Assembly (NCBI GenBank): GCA_037139695.1
Contig: JBAXFX010000002.1
Span: 1-46,869 of the forward strand
Direction: 5' to 3'
DNA from: Candidatus Moraniibacteriota bacterium
GTDB taxonomy: Bacteria; Patescibacteriota; Minisyncoccia; Moranbacterales; UBA1568
Length of the DNA stretch: 46,869 nt
The position numbers were made by a program, and so were the translations under genes. Positions 32,435 through 41,611 of the stretch are shown here, one piece after another; positions within the stretch are counted from its first letter, which is position 1, and every line of letters starts with the position of its first letter. A model generated the notes under the pieces. The model searched no databases, was not told the origin of the DNA, and saw only the letters and a program-made list of their open reading frames with translations.

Positions 32435-34021
32435 ATGAAAAACGTCACCAAGAGACAAAAGCAGATACTTGACTTCATTCAGGAATACATCACGGCGAAT
32501 GGCATATCCCCAACTATCGACGAGATCAGAAAGGAATTAAGGCTCCGATCAAATTCAACAATTCATCAGCATATAGCAATGCTGAAAGGAAAAGGCCTTC
32601 TAGAAAAAAATACCGGGTTGGCAAGAGGAATAATACCAAAGAAGGTTCCAGGATTTACCGTTGGCATACCGATAATCGGAAAGATAACCGCTGGACAACC
32701 GATAGAAGCGATCGAAACCGAGTGGGAACTCATCCAGGTTCCAAGGGAGGGGTTAAAAAATCCAAAGGACTACTATGCTCTCCATGTTTCAGGAAACAGT
32801 ATGATTGATGAAGGCATTTTTGATGGTGACATTGTCGTTATCAAGCGACAGTCTGTTGCAGAAAATGGCCAAACGGTTGTCGCAATAATAGATGACAACG
32901 AGGCGACATTAAAGAAAATCTATAGGGAAAAATCAAGATTTCGACTAGAGCCACGAAATCAGATGCTATTGCCTTTTTATAGAAAAGAAGTGGAAATCCG
33001 AGGAGTTGTCGTACAAATAATCAGAAACATTTCCCAACAAAAAAATATTGATACGCCTTCAAAAAAGAAATCGTGCAAATTTCGGACCCTTGATCTATTC
33101 GCTGGAATCGGTGGCATTCGGATCGGATTTGAAAAAGCCGGATTTGAAACGGTATTCGCCAATGATTTCGAACCGCATTGCAAAGAAACGTACGATTTGA
33201 ACTTCAAGAGATCAAAACTTATCGTTGAAGATATTCGGAAAATAGGGATCGCTGATCTCCCAGAATTCGACTTTCTCCTCGGAGGATTTCCTTGTCAGGC
33301 ATTTTCAATCGCGGGATACCGAAAAGGCTTTCAAGACGAAAAAGGTCGCGGAAATTTATTTTTTGATGTGGCTAGGATAATCGACGCCAGAAAACCGACC
33401 GGCTTTCTTCTTGAAAACGTGAAAAATCTCAAAAGTCACGACGACGGGAAAACATTTAAGATTATCGAACGGACTTTGCTGGATCTTGGCTATCACATCA
33501 AGGTCAAGGTGTTAAACAGTATGGAATACGGAAACGTTCCGCAAAACAGAGAGCGGATTTACATCGTCGGATTTAAAGATAAGGATTATTGTGATAAATT
33601 CTCTTTTCCTGAGCCAAAAAAACTATCCGTTAAAATAACCGATTTGCTCGAAAAGAACGTGCCTGAAAAATATTACTATAACGGAAAACCACTTTTTGAA
33701 AAATTGAAGGGTTTTGTAAAAGAAGAGGGCCGGGTGTATCAATGGCGAAGACAGTATGTCCGAGAAAACAAAAAAGGTGTTTGCCCCACACTGACCGCCA
33801 ATATGGGAATGGGTGGCCACAATGTCCCTATCGTTAAGGATAAAAAAGGAATCAGAAAAATCACGCCCCTTGAATGTGCCAGACTTCAAGGATTCCCACT
33901 AAACTATAAGCTCCCGAAGATAGCAGATTCGGCTCTTTATAAGCAATTTGGAAATTCTGTCACGGCAACCGTCATTGAGGCAATCGCGAAACAGATGATG
34001 AAAGCCGTAAAAAACACTTGA
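32435..34021 (+). CDS. LexA-like repressor (wHTH + S24 autopeptidase) fused to a DNA (cytosine-5) methyltransferase
   Basis: Residues 1-200 align with E. coli LexA as I recall it: GIPIIGKITAGQP (Ala86-Gly87), VSGNSM (Ser122), ATLKK (Lys160) and IRGVVVQIIRN. Residues 216-528 carry C5-MTase motifs FAGIGG, GFPCQAF (Cys287), ENVKNL, QNRERIYIVG and QFGNSV. It is a single uninterrupted ORF. Confidence 0.85.
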   Translation: MKNVTKRQKQILDFIQEYITANGISPTIDEIRKELRLRSNSTIHQHIAMLKGKGLLEKNTGLARGIIPKKVPGFTVGIPIIGKITAGQPIEAIETEWELIQVPREGLKNPKDYYALHVSGNSMIDEGIFDGDIVVIKRQSVAENGQTVVAIIDDNEATLKKIYREKSRFRLEPRNQMLLPFYRKEVEIRGVVVQIIRNISQQKNIDTPSKKKSCKFRTLDLFAGIGGIRIGFEKAGFETVFANDFEPHCKETYDLNFKRSKLIVEDIRKIGIADLPEFDFLLGGFPCQAFSIAGYRKGFQDEKGRGNLFFDVARIIDARKPTGFLLENVKNLKSHDDGKTFKIIERTLLDLGYHIKVKVLNSMEYGNVPQNRERIYIVGFKDKDYCDKFSFPEPKKLSVKITDLLEKNVPEKYYYNGKPLFEKLKGFVKEEGRVYQWRRQYVRENKKGVCPTLTANMGMGGHNVPIVKDKKGIRKITPLECARLQGFPLNYKLPKIADSALYKQFGNSVTATVIEAIAKQMMKAVKNT

Positions 34022-34027
34022 TAGTGA

Positions 34028-35194
34028 TTAATCTTCGGGTTCCTCTTTAGAAGTCTGATTTTCGCCAGTAAATCTTTCAAATGATCCGATCTTTGTAAAA
34101 TCAATATCGTATTTTCCCTCTTCGTTCTTGTATAATACGACCGAGTCAAGGCCGATTCGGCGAAGTTTGTCATATGTGAGCAATTCCCGTTCTTTGAGGT
34201 TGAGAACATCCCGTAGCAACCAATTCCCAAGAGCGGAATTCGGATTGCTCATAAGCGCCTTCGAACCGTCTTGGCATACTTTTGCACTCATTTCTGAACC
34301 GTTCGGAAGCAATAATATGAAGGGTATATCCCGTGGTGGAAAAAATCCAGGAAACTTGTCGTGAATCCACGAGGGAATCCTAATATAGACTTCGTCTGAT
34401 ACTCGGGCACGACCACCGGCATTCCATTGATTCAGACCGCTTTTCTCCGGCACCAGCTTCTCTCCTCCTTTCATTGAATACAACGGTAAATAGACATACT
34501 CACGAAGCCTTGACTCCGATTGAACCAATCCGTCTTTTGTTTTTCCGAACAATTCAGCTAAGACGTCGAAAGGATTCTCTAAAATTTCAACGGGGAAATC
34601 ATATAGAATGGATGCGGTGGAAAATCGCTTATAGAGCGTACTCTTCGTCACGTTGAAAGCGTATTCATTCAATCCATCTTCAAAAGAAATGACGTTTTTT
34701 GAGGATTGCCGTATATCTCGCATCGCATCCAACTGTACCGCATGCATCGGGGTTTCATACACGAGTATCCCCTTCTCTTTTCGCGTTACGCAATGATAAA
34801 TCATTTCATCCAATCCAAATATCCGTTTTGTCGTCTCCAACCGTTCATTTCTCAATTCCGCGACCTTTCGCAACTTTTCTTCACCGCTAAGATCCCTGAA
34901 TAACGAGTGTTCACTATTAAATTCCGCTATTTTCTGTAGCGTCGAACCATTTTTCTCAAGAAACGTCTTTATGCCTATACCTAAACCAGCTTTTGAAGCA
35001 TCGGCAGAGCAGTCCGTTCGTGAAAGATTTTCAGCATTAAAGGATTTACAGAAAAGATTTTCCGCTATCCGATATTGAATATATGGCTCATTGCTTTCGG
35101 AGAAAAGACGAGAAAGGGCACCTACTGTTTTCAGCATTTTCAAATAATACTGAATTTTTTCATCATCCTGTGTATTGAGAAACATACGTCTCAC
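34028..35194 (-). CDS. putative type II restriction endonuclease with B3-like (pseudobarrel) C-terminal DNA-binding domain
   Basis: It converges on the MTase with 6 bp between the stops and shares its low GC. The N-terminal half has a PD-(D/E)XK-like segment SADASKAGLGIGIKTF. The C-terminal segment VSDEVYIRIPSWIHDKFPGFFPPRDIPFILLLPNGSEMSAKVCQ...LGNWLLRDVLNL follows the B3 pattern known from EcoRII-N and BfiI-C. The likely start is ATG 35185. Confidence 0.55.
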   Translation of the reverse strand: MRRMFLNTQDDEKIQYYLKMLKTVGALSRLFSESNEPYIQYRIAENLFCKSFNAENLSRTDCSADASKAGLGIGIKTFLEKNGSTLQKIAEFNSEHSLFRDLSGEEKLRKVAELRNERLETTKRIFGLDEMIYHCVTRKEKGILVYETPMHAVQLDAMRDIRQSSKNVISFEDGLNEYAFNVTKSTLYKRFSTASILYDFPVEILENPFDVLAELFGKTKDGLVQSESRLREYVYLPLYSMKGGEKLVPEKSGLNQWNAGGRARVSDEVYIRIPSWIHDKFPGFFPPRDIPFILLLPNGSEMSAKVCQDGSKALMSNPNSALGNWLLRDVLNLKERELLTYDKLRRIGLDSVVLYKNEEGKYDIDFTKIGSFERFTGENQTSKEEPED

Positions 35195-35346
35195 TTGATA
35201 AGTTGATTTCTATTTCTATTTTCCCACCAAAAGAAGGGCTTGTAAAGGGGAAATTTCCGAGTGTTTTTATGTTCGATCTTCTGCCGACCATGAACGACGG
35301 TCGTGTCAATATCGCGTTTCTCATTACGAAAGGCTATACTGGGGCC

Positions 35347-37308
35347 ATGAAACGGGATACGATCTATTTCTGTGATGTGGCGCCGGTCGTGCCGATTCCT
35401 TTGGGGAACCGACAGGCATTTTCGTACCTTTCGGAAGCATCCATCCCGCGCGGGTCGCTCGTCTGGATCCCTTTCGGACCGCGAACAATAAAGGGTGTGG
35501 TCCTAAATTGTTCAGAGGTTGCACGAGCCGAGCGGTCGAGCGGACGTTTCAAATATATAAAGTCGATCATCCGTGAATCATTCCTGACGGACGGACAAAT
35601 GACCCTTGCCGAATCCGTTTCCAAGGAATGTCTGACGCCGCTTGGCAAGACCCTGCGACACTTCCTGCCGGCAATCGTCAAGGAGCGCGAGAAGAAAGAA
35701 TCGGCAATGCCGGAAAAGTCGAAGGTGTGGCGCCTGACGGAAGACGAGCGCGAGGCTGTCGCGACCATGATAGACCCGTCGGACACGAAGCCGTTCTTTC
35801 TGGAGGCGGATATCGAGATGTCGCTCCGTATCGTCGTCGGCGCGAAAAAATCGCTCGGAAAAAAGGCGCAAGTCCTGATTCTCGTGCCGGAAATCATTTC
35901 CATTCCGTTCGCGGAACAATTCCTGCTTGAGCGGTTCGGCATCGAACGGGTCGCCACACTCCACAGCGCACTCGCCGAAGGAGCGTACTTTTCCGCATGG
36001 GAACGCATCCGTTCCGGCACCGCGGACGTCATCCTCGGGACGCGACAGGCGCTCTTCGCCCCGTTTGGGCACCTCGGCCTCGTGGCGATGCTCGAGGAAG
36101 CCGAGACGGTTGGCTACAAACAATGGGACATGAGTCCGCGCTACGACGCCCGCCGGGTCGCTATGACACTTTCCGAGCTACATGGCGGAGCCACGCTACT
36201 TCTTGCCGGATCGGTCCAGGGGCTCGATACGGCCCTGCGCGAGCGCCTGGGCGAGGTACGAGTGCTTCACATCGGTGATGGGGCACCGATGCCTCTTGCG
36301 CCGGTTTCCATGATAGACATGCGTAAGGAACGATGGAAGAAAAACTATTCTCTCTTTTCCGAGGACTTACGAAGCATAATCGCGGAAGCGCGACGCTCCG
36401 GAAAGAAAGTCCTCCTGATCGCGAACCGTGGCGGACTGGATTCCTTTTCCGTCTGTGTCTCGTGTAAGGAAGTCCCCCGCTGCCCGGACTGTGACCGAGC
36501 CCTTCGTTCGACACGGGAAGGGAATTTCCGTTGCCCAGCCTGTCCATACAAGACGAAATCGTTTCCACGTTGTGCGAAATGCGGTTCGCTCGAATTCAAA
36601 AATATCGGATCCGGAACCGAGAAAATCGAACGCGAGGCGGCACGAGCATTCGGTAGCGGCTCACTCGTTCGGATCGACGAGACCATGTTCCGGAAGGCGG
36701 ACAAAATAAAGCCGTATCAGTCCGTACTGTCGGCCGGCATCCTCGTCGGAACCCCGTCCGTTCTCAATATCGGAAATTTGCCGGATACGGCGATAATTGC
36801 TATCATGGATGCGGATAATTTCCTTTCGTTCCCGGACTTTCAGGCCGACGAACGGTTCCTCCGGATGGTTGCGAGAGCGACCTTCATGGCGGGTCCGTCG
36901 GGTCGCGTTCTGATACAGGCGTTCCGTCCCGAACGGGAGGCACTCACGCATATCGCGGACCGCTCCGTCGCCTCGCTCTTGGAAAAGGCAGCCCGAGATC
37001 GGGAGGCCCTACGATATCCTCCGTACTCCCGGGTGTTCCGTATCGCATTCCGTGACCGGACCGAGAAAGAGGCCGAGACACTCGCTTCGGAAGCGCATAC
37101 GCGATTGACCGAGGCTATCGGCATTTCGAAGACGATACGCGTTTCTCCCGCGATGAAGCCACTCATCTCAAAAGTCCGTGGTCGATATGAGCGGATCATT
37201 CTCGTAACGGGACCACGAGACAAACCATTCCCGGAGGCGCTTGAAAAAATACTTCTTTCCCTACCGAAAGCCTGGACATTCGATCCGGATCCACTTTCCC
37301 TCCTCTGA
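35347..37308 (+). CDS. priA: primosomal protein N' (PriA) homolog with degenerate ATPase motifs
   Basis: PriA-like layout includes the Cys-rich zinc module CVSCKEVPRCPDCDRAL...FRCPACPYKT...CAKCGS and VLILVPEI. Walker A, DEEH and GRAGR positions read ADIEMSLR, LEEA and ATFMAG. The start is at ATG 35347. Confidence 0.8.
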   Translation: MKRDTIYFCDVAPVVPIPLGNRQAFSYLSEASIPRGSLVWIPFGPRTIKGVVLNCSEVARAERSSGRFKYIKSIIRESFLTDGQMTLAESVSKECLTPLGKTLRHFLPAIVKEREKKESAMPEKSKVWRLTEDEREAVATMIDPSDTKPFFLEADIEMSLRIVVGAKKSLGKKAQVLILVPEIISIPFAEQFLLERFGIERVATLHSALAEGAYFSAWERIRSGTADVILGTRQALFAPFGHLGLVAMLEEAETVGYKQWDMSPRYDARRVAMTLSELHGGATLLLAGSVQGLDTALRERLGEVRVLHIGDGAPMPLAPVSMIDMRKERWKKNYSLFSEDLRSIIAEARRSGKKVLLIANRGGLDSFSVCVSCKEVPRCPDCDRALRSTREGNFRCPACPYKTKSFPRCAKCGSLEFKNIGSGTEKIEREAARAFGSGSLVRIDETMFRKADKIKPYQSVLSAGILVGTPSVLNIGNLPDTAIIAIMDADNFLSFPDFQADERFLRMVARATFMAGPSGRVLIQAFRPEREALTHIADRSVASLLEKAARDREALRYPPYSRVFRIAFRDRTEKEAETLASEAHTRLTEAIGISKTIRVSPAMKPLISKVRGRYERIILVTGPRDKPFPEALEKILLSLPKAWTFDPDPLSLL

Positions 37309-37339
37309 TATATCCCTTTTTTTTCCGATTTTCCCGCAT

Positions 37340-37789
37340 ATGATCGACGTGATCACCCTTACAGGCCCCGGACACGATGTCCTTCGCCGACAGACGACGA
37401 AAGTCGCCGACCCGACCGCACCCGATATGCGCGCGCTCGTTTCCGAGATGATCGAAACGATGCGTACGGCCGATGGAGTCGGGCTTGCGGCACCACAGGT
37501 CGGTCGTTCCATACAACTCTTCATCATCGAGACGGAAGGCCGGATTTCGGTCTTCTTCAATCCACGCATCGTTTCTCATTCCGAAGAAACTGCCGTTTCC
37601 GAGGAGGGTTGCCTCAGTGTTCCGGGAGAATTTTATATGATCGAACGGCCGCGCGGGATAACGATGGAATATGAGGATACGGAAGGAAAAAAATGCCGAG
37701 TGGACGCGGAAGGATTTCTTGCCGTCGTCTTGCAGCATGAGTATGATCACCTTGATGGGATCCTTATCGTCGACCGTTCCCATAAATAA
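37340..37789 (+). CDS. def: peptide deformylase
   Basis: GVGLAAPQVG, EGCLSVPG and QHEYDHLDG motifs. Confidence 0.9.
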   Translation: MIDVITLTGPGHDVLRRQTTKVADPTAPDMRALVSEMIETMRTADGVGLAAPQVGRSIQLFIIETEGRISVFFNPRIVSHSEETAVSEEGCLSVPGEFYMIERPRGITMEYEDTEGKKCRVDAEGFLAVVLQHEYDHLDGILIVDRSHK

Positions 37790-37806
37790 AAAATAACCGC
37801 ACCGTT

Positions 37807-38865
37807 ATGGTTTTCGACATCGCCTATAAAAAGGTTTCGGAAGCGGATACGACAGATACGACCATGCCGACAGTTCCGGTCGTGTCGAAGGAGCCGGCCA
37901 CACCGGTCGGAGAAGCGCCTCAGGTCAGAGTCGTGTTCATGGGCACGCCGGATTTCTCGAAAGACATACTCGCCGGACTGACCGACGCCGGCTATCACGT
38001 CGTAGCGGTCTATACCCGACCCGACAAGCCGGTCGGCCGGAAGCAGTCCATAGCGACATCCCCCGTCAAACGATTCGCCCTCGAACACGAGATTCCTGTC
38101 GAACAGCCGTCCCGTTTCGACCACGAAACGATCAAAACACTGAAGGCGTACCGGCCCGACCTGATCATCGTCGCGGCGTATGGCCGTATCCTCCCGCCAG
38201 ACGTGCTCGCGATTCCGGGCTTCGGGTGCCTGAACGTCCATGCGTCACTCCTCCCGCGCTGGCGTGGCGCCTCACCCGTCCAGAATGTCTTTCTGTCCGG
38301 CGATACCGAGACGGGTGTCTCTATCATGCTTATGGATGCCGGTATGGATACCGGCCCGGTCTTCGTACAGGAGGCGTTTCCTATCGGTCCCGATGATACC
38401 CGGGAGTCGTTGCTTTCCCGTATGACAGCCGACGGCATACGATTATTGAAAGGTGTCATTCCGCAATGGATCGAGAAACGTATCGAGCCGAAGGAGCAAG
38501 ATGGGTCGAAGGCAACCCTGTGCGAACTGATTGAGCGTGAGGATGGACGACTCTTTTGGAACGAGACCGCCGAGACATTATGGAACCGGTATCGGGGTCT
38601 TCATCCGTGGCCAGGCATCTTCACGTTTTGGAAACGCGAGGACGGCCTGCTCCGTTTGAAGCTGGTTCGTATCTCGGCACAAAGGACAGAGCCTTCCGTG
38701 AAACACGGATATGGAGAAGTGTTCGAGGTCGGCGAAAAGATCGCCATCCAAACCGGCGAAGGACTCATCTTCGTCGAAGAGATACAGCCCGAAGGGAAGG
38801 GTGTCATGTCGATACGGGACTTCCTCAATGGCCGACCGGATTTCATCGGTGCCATATTGGGTTGA
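37807..38865 (+). CDS. fmt: methionyl-tRNA formyltransferase (with an N-terminal extension of about 40 aa or a later start)
   Basis: VVFMGTPDFS and NVHASLLPRWRGASPVQ motifs, with a C-terminal Fmt domain. Confidence 0.85.
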   Translation: MVFDIAYKKVSEADTTDTTMPTVPVVSKEPATPVGEAPQVRVVFMGTPDFSKDILAGLTDAGYHVVAVYTRPDKPVGRKQSIATSPVKRFALEHEIPVEQPSRFDHETIKTLKAYRPDLIIVAAYGRILPPDVLAIPGFGCLNVHASLLPRWRGASPVQNVFLSGDTETGVSIMLMDAGMDTGPVFVQEAFPIGPDDTRESLLSRMTADGIRLLKGVIPQWIEKRIEPKEQDGSKATLCELIEREDGRLFWNETAETLWNRYRGLHPWPGIFTFWKREDGLLRLKLVRISAQRTEPSVKHGYGEVFEVGEKIAIQTGEGLIFVEEIQPEGKGVMSIRDFLNGRPDFIGAILG

Positions 38866-38894
38866 TCCGACATAAAAAAATAAAACGTCGCGCT

Positions 38895-39692
38895 ATGGAA
38901 CGAAACATGTTTTCAAGACAGGACACCGTCGCGGTCGCGGTCGGCTTCGGTCTGGTGATCGCGGTCTCCGCCTTCTTCCTTCTGAAAGGAGCGAAAGATA
39001 CCGCCACGGAAACGCCCGTCCCGGTCGCGGATTCCTCGACACAAAAGCCCCTCCCAATGATCGCGACCGACGATCTCCGAAGACTGCTCATCGTCGATCC
39101 GTCAACCGTCCGGATCGTCGATTTTCGGCCGGCTGCGGACTTCGACGCCGTGCATGCCGTCGGATCCGAACGGTTCGATACTCCGGACAGCCTTGCCGGC
39201 ATAGTCCTCCCTGAAGACGGGACGGTCATCGTCATCGCTTCGGGAACCGCCGACACCGATCAAGCTGTTTCCGATGTGCTTACCAAGGCTGGAAAGAAGT
39301 TTCTGTTCGTAAAAGGAGGACTTTCCGGTTGGCAGGAGGCGGGCGGATCCATCATCGCGGAACCGAATCCGGCTTCCCCGATCGATCGCTCCAAGGTCAC
39401 CCTGATCACGACCGACGACTGGAAAAAGCTGTTCGCGACGAAAGATATCGTCTATAAGATTCTCGACATTCGTCCATCCACCGAATCGGCAAAGTCACCG
39501 GTTCCCGGAGCGCTTGCCATCCCGTATACCGAGCTCGAAACCCGCCGGACGGAACTCCCGGTTGCGACCAATATCGCGCTCTGTGCCGGGAACGGCGACG
39601 ATGCGTTCCGTGGTGCCGCGCGACTCTTCGATCTCGGTTCATTCTCGGTCAAGGCGCTTAATGGAAGCTGTGCGGATATCATCGGGAAATAG
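38895..39692 (+). CDS. membrane-anchored tandem rhodanese-domain protein
   Basis: N-terminal TM helix followed by two rhodanese-like modules (VKGGLSGWQEAGG; active-site-like loop IALCAGNGDDAFR). The longer ORF from 38556 overlaps fmt and is rejected. Confidence 0.7.
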   Translation: MERNMFSRQDTVAVAVGFGLVIAVSAFFLLKGAKDTATETPVPVADSSTQKPLPMIATDDLRRLLIVDPSTVRIVDFRPAADFDAVHAVGSERFDTPDSLAGIVLPEDGTVIVIASGTADTDQAVSDVLTKAGKKFLFVKGGLSGWQEAGGSIIAEPNPASPIDRSKVTLITTDDWKKLFATKDIVYKILDIRPSTESAKSPVPGALAIPYTELETRRTELPVATNIALCAGNGDDAFRGAARLFDLGSFSVKALNGSCADIIGK

Positions 39693-39782
39693 TTGTTGTA
39701 CCGGATTCATCCGTCCTGCAAGAGGAAAACACCAGAGACCAATGATGTTTCAGTCGATTCCGGGTATCGCTCGTCGTAAGCC

Positions 39783-40061
39783 CTATTTCTCCACGACCGC
39801 TAAAAGATCCTTGAAGGCGACGATAAGGAATTCCTCACCGTCGATTTTCACCTCGGCACCGCCGTAGCGATTATAGATGACGGTCTGGCCTTTCTTTACC
39901 TTGATTTTTTCGCTGTCTCCTACCGCGATTACCTTGCCTTGCTGTGGCCGTTCTTCCGAAGCGTTCTCTGGAAGATATATCCCTGCCGAGGTCTTTTTTT
40001 CGGGCTTTTCAGGCGCCACAAGAATATTCTCCCCGAGCGGTCTCACGTTCGTTTTCGACAT
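39783..40061 (-). CDS. groES: co-chaperonin GroES
   Basis: VRPLGENILVAPEK...TSAGIYLPENA...GKVIAVG...GEEFLIV. Confidence 0.9.
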   Translation of the reverse strand: MSKTNVRPLGENILVAPEKPEKKTSAGIYLPENASEERPQQGKVIAVGDSEKIKVKKGQTVIYNRYGGAEVKIDGEEFLIVAFKDLLAVVEK

Positions 40062-40106
40062 AGGGTTCTTCGATTACTGATTCTTTCACTCTCCAGTATA
40101 GAAAAA

Positions 40107-40133
40107 TAAGCACTCCTGGTCAAGGAGTGCCAA
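40107..40133. promoter_or_regulatory. CIRCE (HrcA operator) element upstream of groES
   Basis: TAAGCACTC-N9-GAGTGCCAA compared with the consensus TTAGCACTC-N9-GAGTGCTAA. Confidence 0.8.
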
Positions 40134-40276
40134 TTCGGTACAACTTCAAGTAACCAGATTCTTCTTGTTGAGCAGGTTCTTCAGCTCTTGTAAGGCGAAT
40201 TTTCTCATCGCTATCTTTTCCTGTTCATCATCCGTTAGTTCGGCATATGTCTTGCCAGTCCCATCAACTTTCTTTA

Positions 40277-41611
40277 TTACTTTCCCTTCCGCAAGATTTC
40301 GACTGCCTTGTCTTTCTGTGGGTCGCGGCCGGCTTTGATGTCGTCGACAGAGATATTCACATCAATATCCGGAGAGATGCCCTTCTCGTTGATCTGGTTC
40401 CCGTTCGGCGTAAGCCAGCGGGCGATGGTCACCTTGACCGACATGTCCTTGCCGACCGGAATGAGTTCCTGCACGGATCCCTTGCCATACGATTTCTTTC
40501 CGACGAGCGTGACATTCTTCCGGTCCTCGCGCAATGCCCCGGCAAGGATTTCCGACGCGCTCGCGCTCCCTTCGTCGATAAGTACGGCCGTCGGTATACC
40601 GGAGAGTACGTCCCCACCAAGCGTCTTTTCCGGCTTTCGCTCCCCCTGCGCGTTCTCTTCCCACACGACCGTCTGATCGGCGGGTATCATAAGGCTGGCC
40701 ATCGCGACCGCCGCGTCGAGCAGTCCGCCCGGATTACTCCGGAGGTCGACGATGAGCCCGGTCGGGGCGGGACTGCGTTTCTTGATGGTGGAAACGGCGT
40801 CCGCGAATTCCTGTTGGGTCGAGTCACCGAAGCGGCTGACCCGCAAAACGGCGATGCCATCGTCACGGAAATCGAGCTTCACACTCTTCACATTGATGAC
40901 ATCACGGACGACCGTCACGTCGCGCGCCGTATCCTCGCCACTCCGGAAGATATTCAACACGACAGTAGTCCCCTTCGGTCCGCGGATCTTCCCGACCGCC
41001 TCTTCCAAAGAGAGGCCGGTCGTCTTCGCTCCGTCGATCTTCAGGATCTTGTCGTTCGGCCGGAGACCGGACTGTTCGGCCGGGGTGCCGTCGAGCGGAG
41101 CGATGATCGTCAGGACATCGTCGCGGATACCCATCTCGGCCCCGATACCCTCGAACTTTCCGGACATATCCTCATTGAACGATTTCTGCTCCTCCGGATC
41201 GAAGAATGTCGTATACGGATCGCCGGTGGCGGCGAGCATGCCCTTGATAGAACCGTAGAAGAGCTTGGTCGCATCGAGCTTGCCACGGTCGACGTACTTG
41301 TCCTTGAGAATATTCCAGACCTTCCAGAAGAGAGAGAAATCAAGCGTCTTGTCCTGTGACTCCGTATTGGAAAACACCACCGAACCCGGTGAGAGCACGG
41401 ACGAGACCCCTGCCTGACCAGATGCGGTCTTGCCTTGTTCCAGGCCGAATTCATAGGTACCAAACAGGGCCGCACACAGGAAAAAAACCGCCAGAATCCT
41501 CTTCACGAGGCGCCGGTTTTTCTTCTCAAGATTTTCCGTCTCCGGTCGGGATTCGTTTGGGAGCGGAACCTGTGTTGTCGCCGGTTCCACGTTTGTCGGT
41601 TCGTTTGTCAT
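40277..41611 (-). CDS. S41 family C-terminal processing peptidase with PDZ domain
   Basis: LIVDLRSNPGGLLDAAV, VLIDEGSASASEILAGAL, and an N-terminal TM anchor. Confidence 0.85.
   Translation of the reverse strand: MTNEPTNVEPATTQVPLPNESRPETENLEKKNRRLVKRILAVFFLCAALFGTYEFGLEQGKTASGQAGVSSVLSPGSVVFSNTESQDKTLDFSLFWKVWNILKDKYVDRGKLDATKLFYGSIKGMLAATGDPYTTFFDPEEQKSFNEDMSGKFEGIGAEMGIRDDVLTIIAPLDGTPAEQSGLRPNDKILKIDGAKTTGLSLEEAVGKIRGPKGTTVVLNIFRSGEDTARDVTVVRDVINVKSVKLDFRDDGIAVLRVSRFGDSTQQEFADAVSTIKKRSPAPTGLIVDLRSNPGGLLDAAVAMASLMIPADQTVVWEENAQGERKPEKTLGGDVLSGIPTAVLIDEGSASASEILAGALREDRKNVTLVGKKSYGKGSVQELIPVGKDMSVKVTIARWLTPNGNQINEKGISPDIDVNISVDDIKAGRDPQKDKAVEILRKGK

Noticed and set aside
38556-38894. The 378-aa version of the rhodanese ORF starts inside fmt.
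   Set aside because: The extension overlaps the fmt coding frame for 310 nt and translates to Arg-rich nonsense. ATG 38895 begins a TM anchor directly after the fmt stop.
40140-40276. The protein-like frame KKVDGTGKTYAELTDDEQEKIAMRKFALQELKNLLNKKNLVT lies between the S41 protease stop and the CIRCE element.
   Set aside because: No canonical start codon opens the frame apart from an internal ATG that gives only 20 aa. The frame is out of phase with the protease gene. It cannot be supported as a gene from sequence alone.
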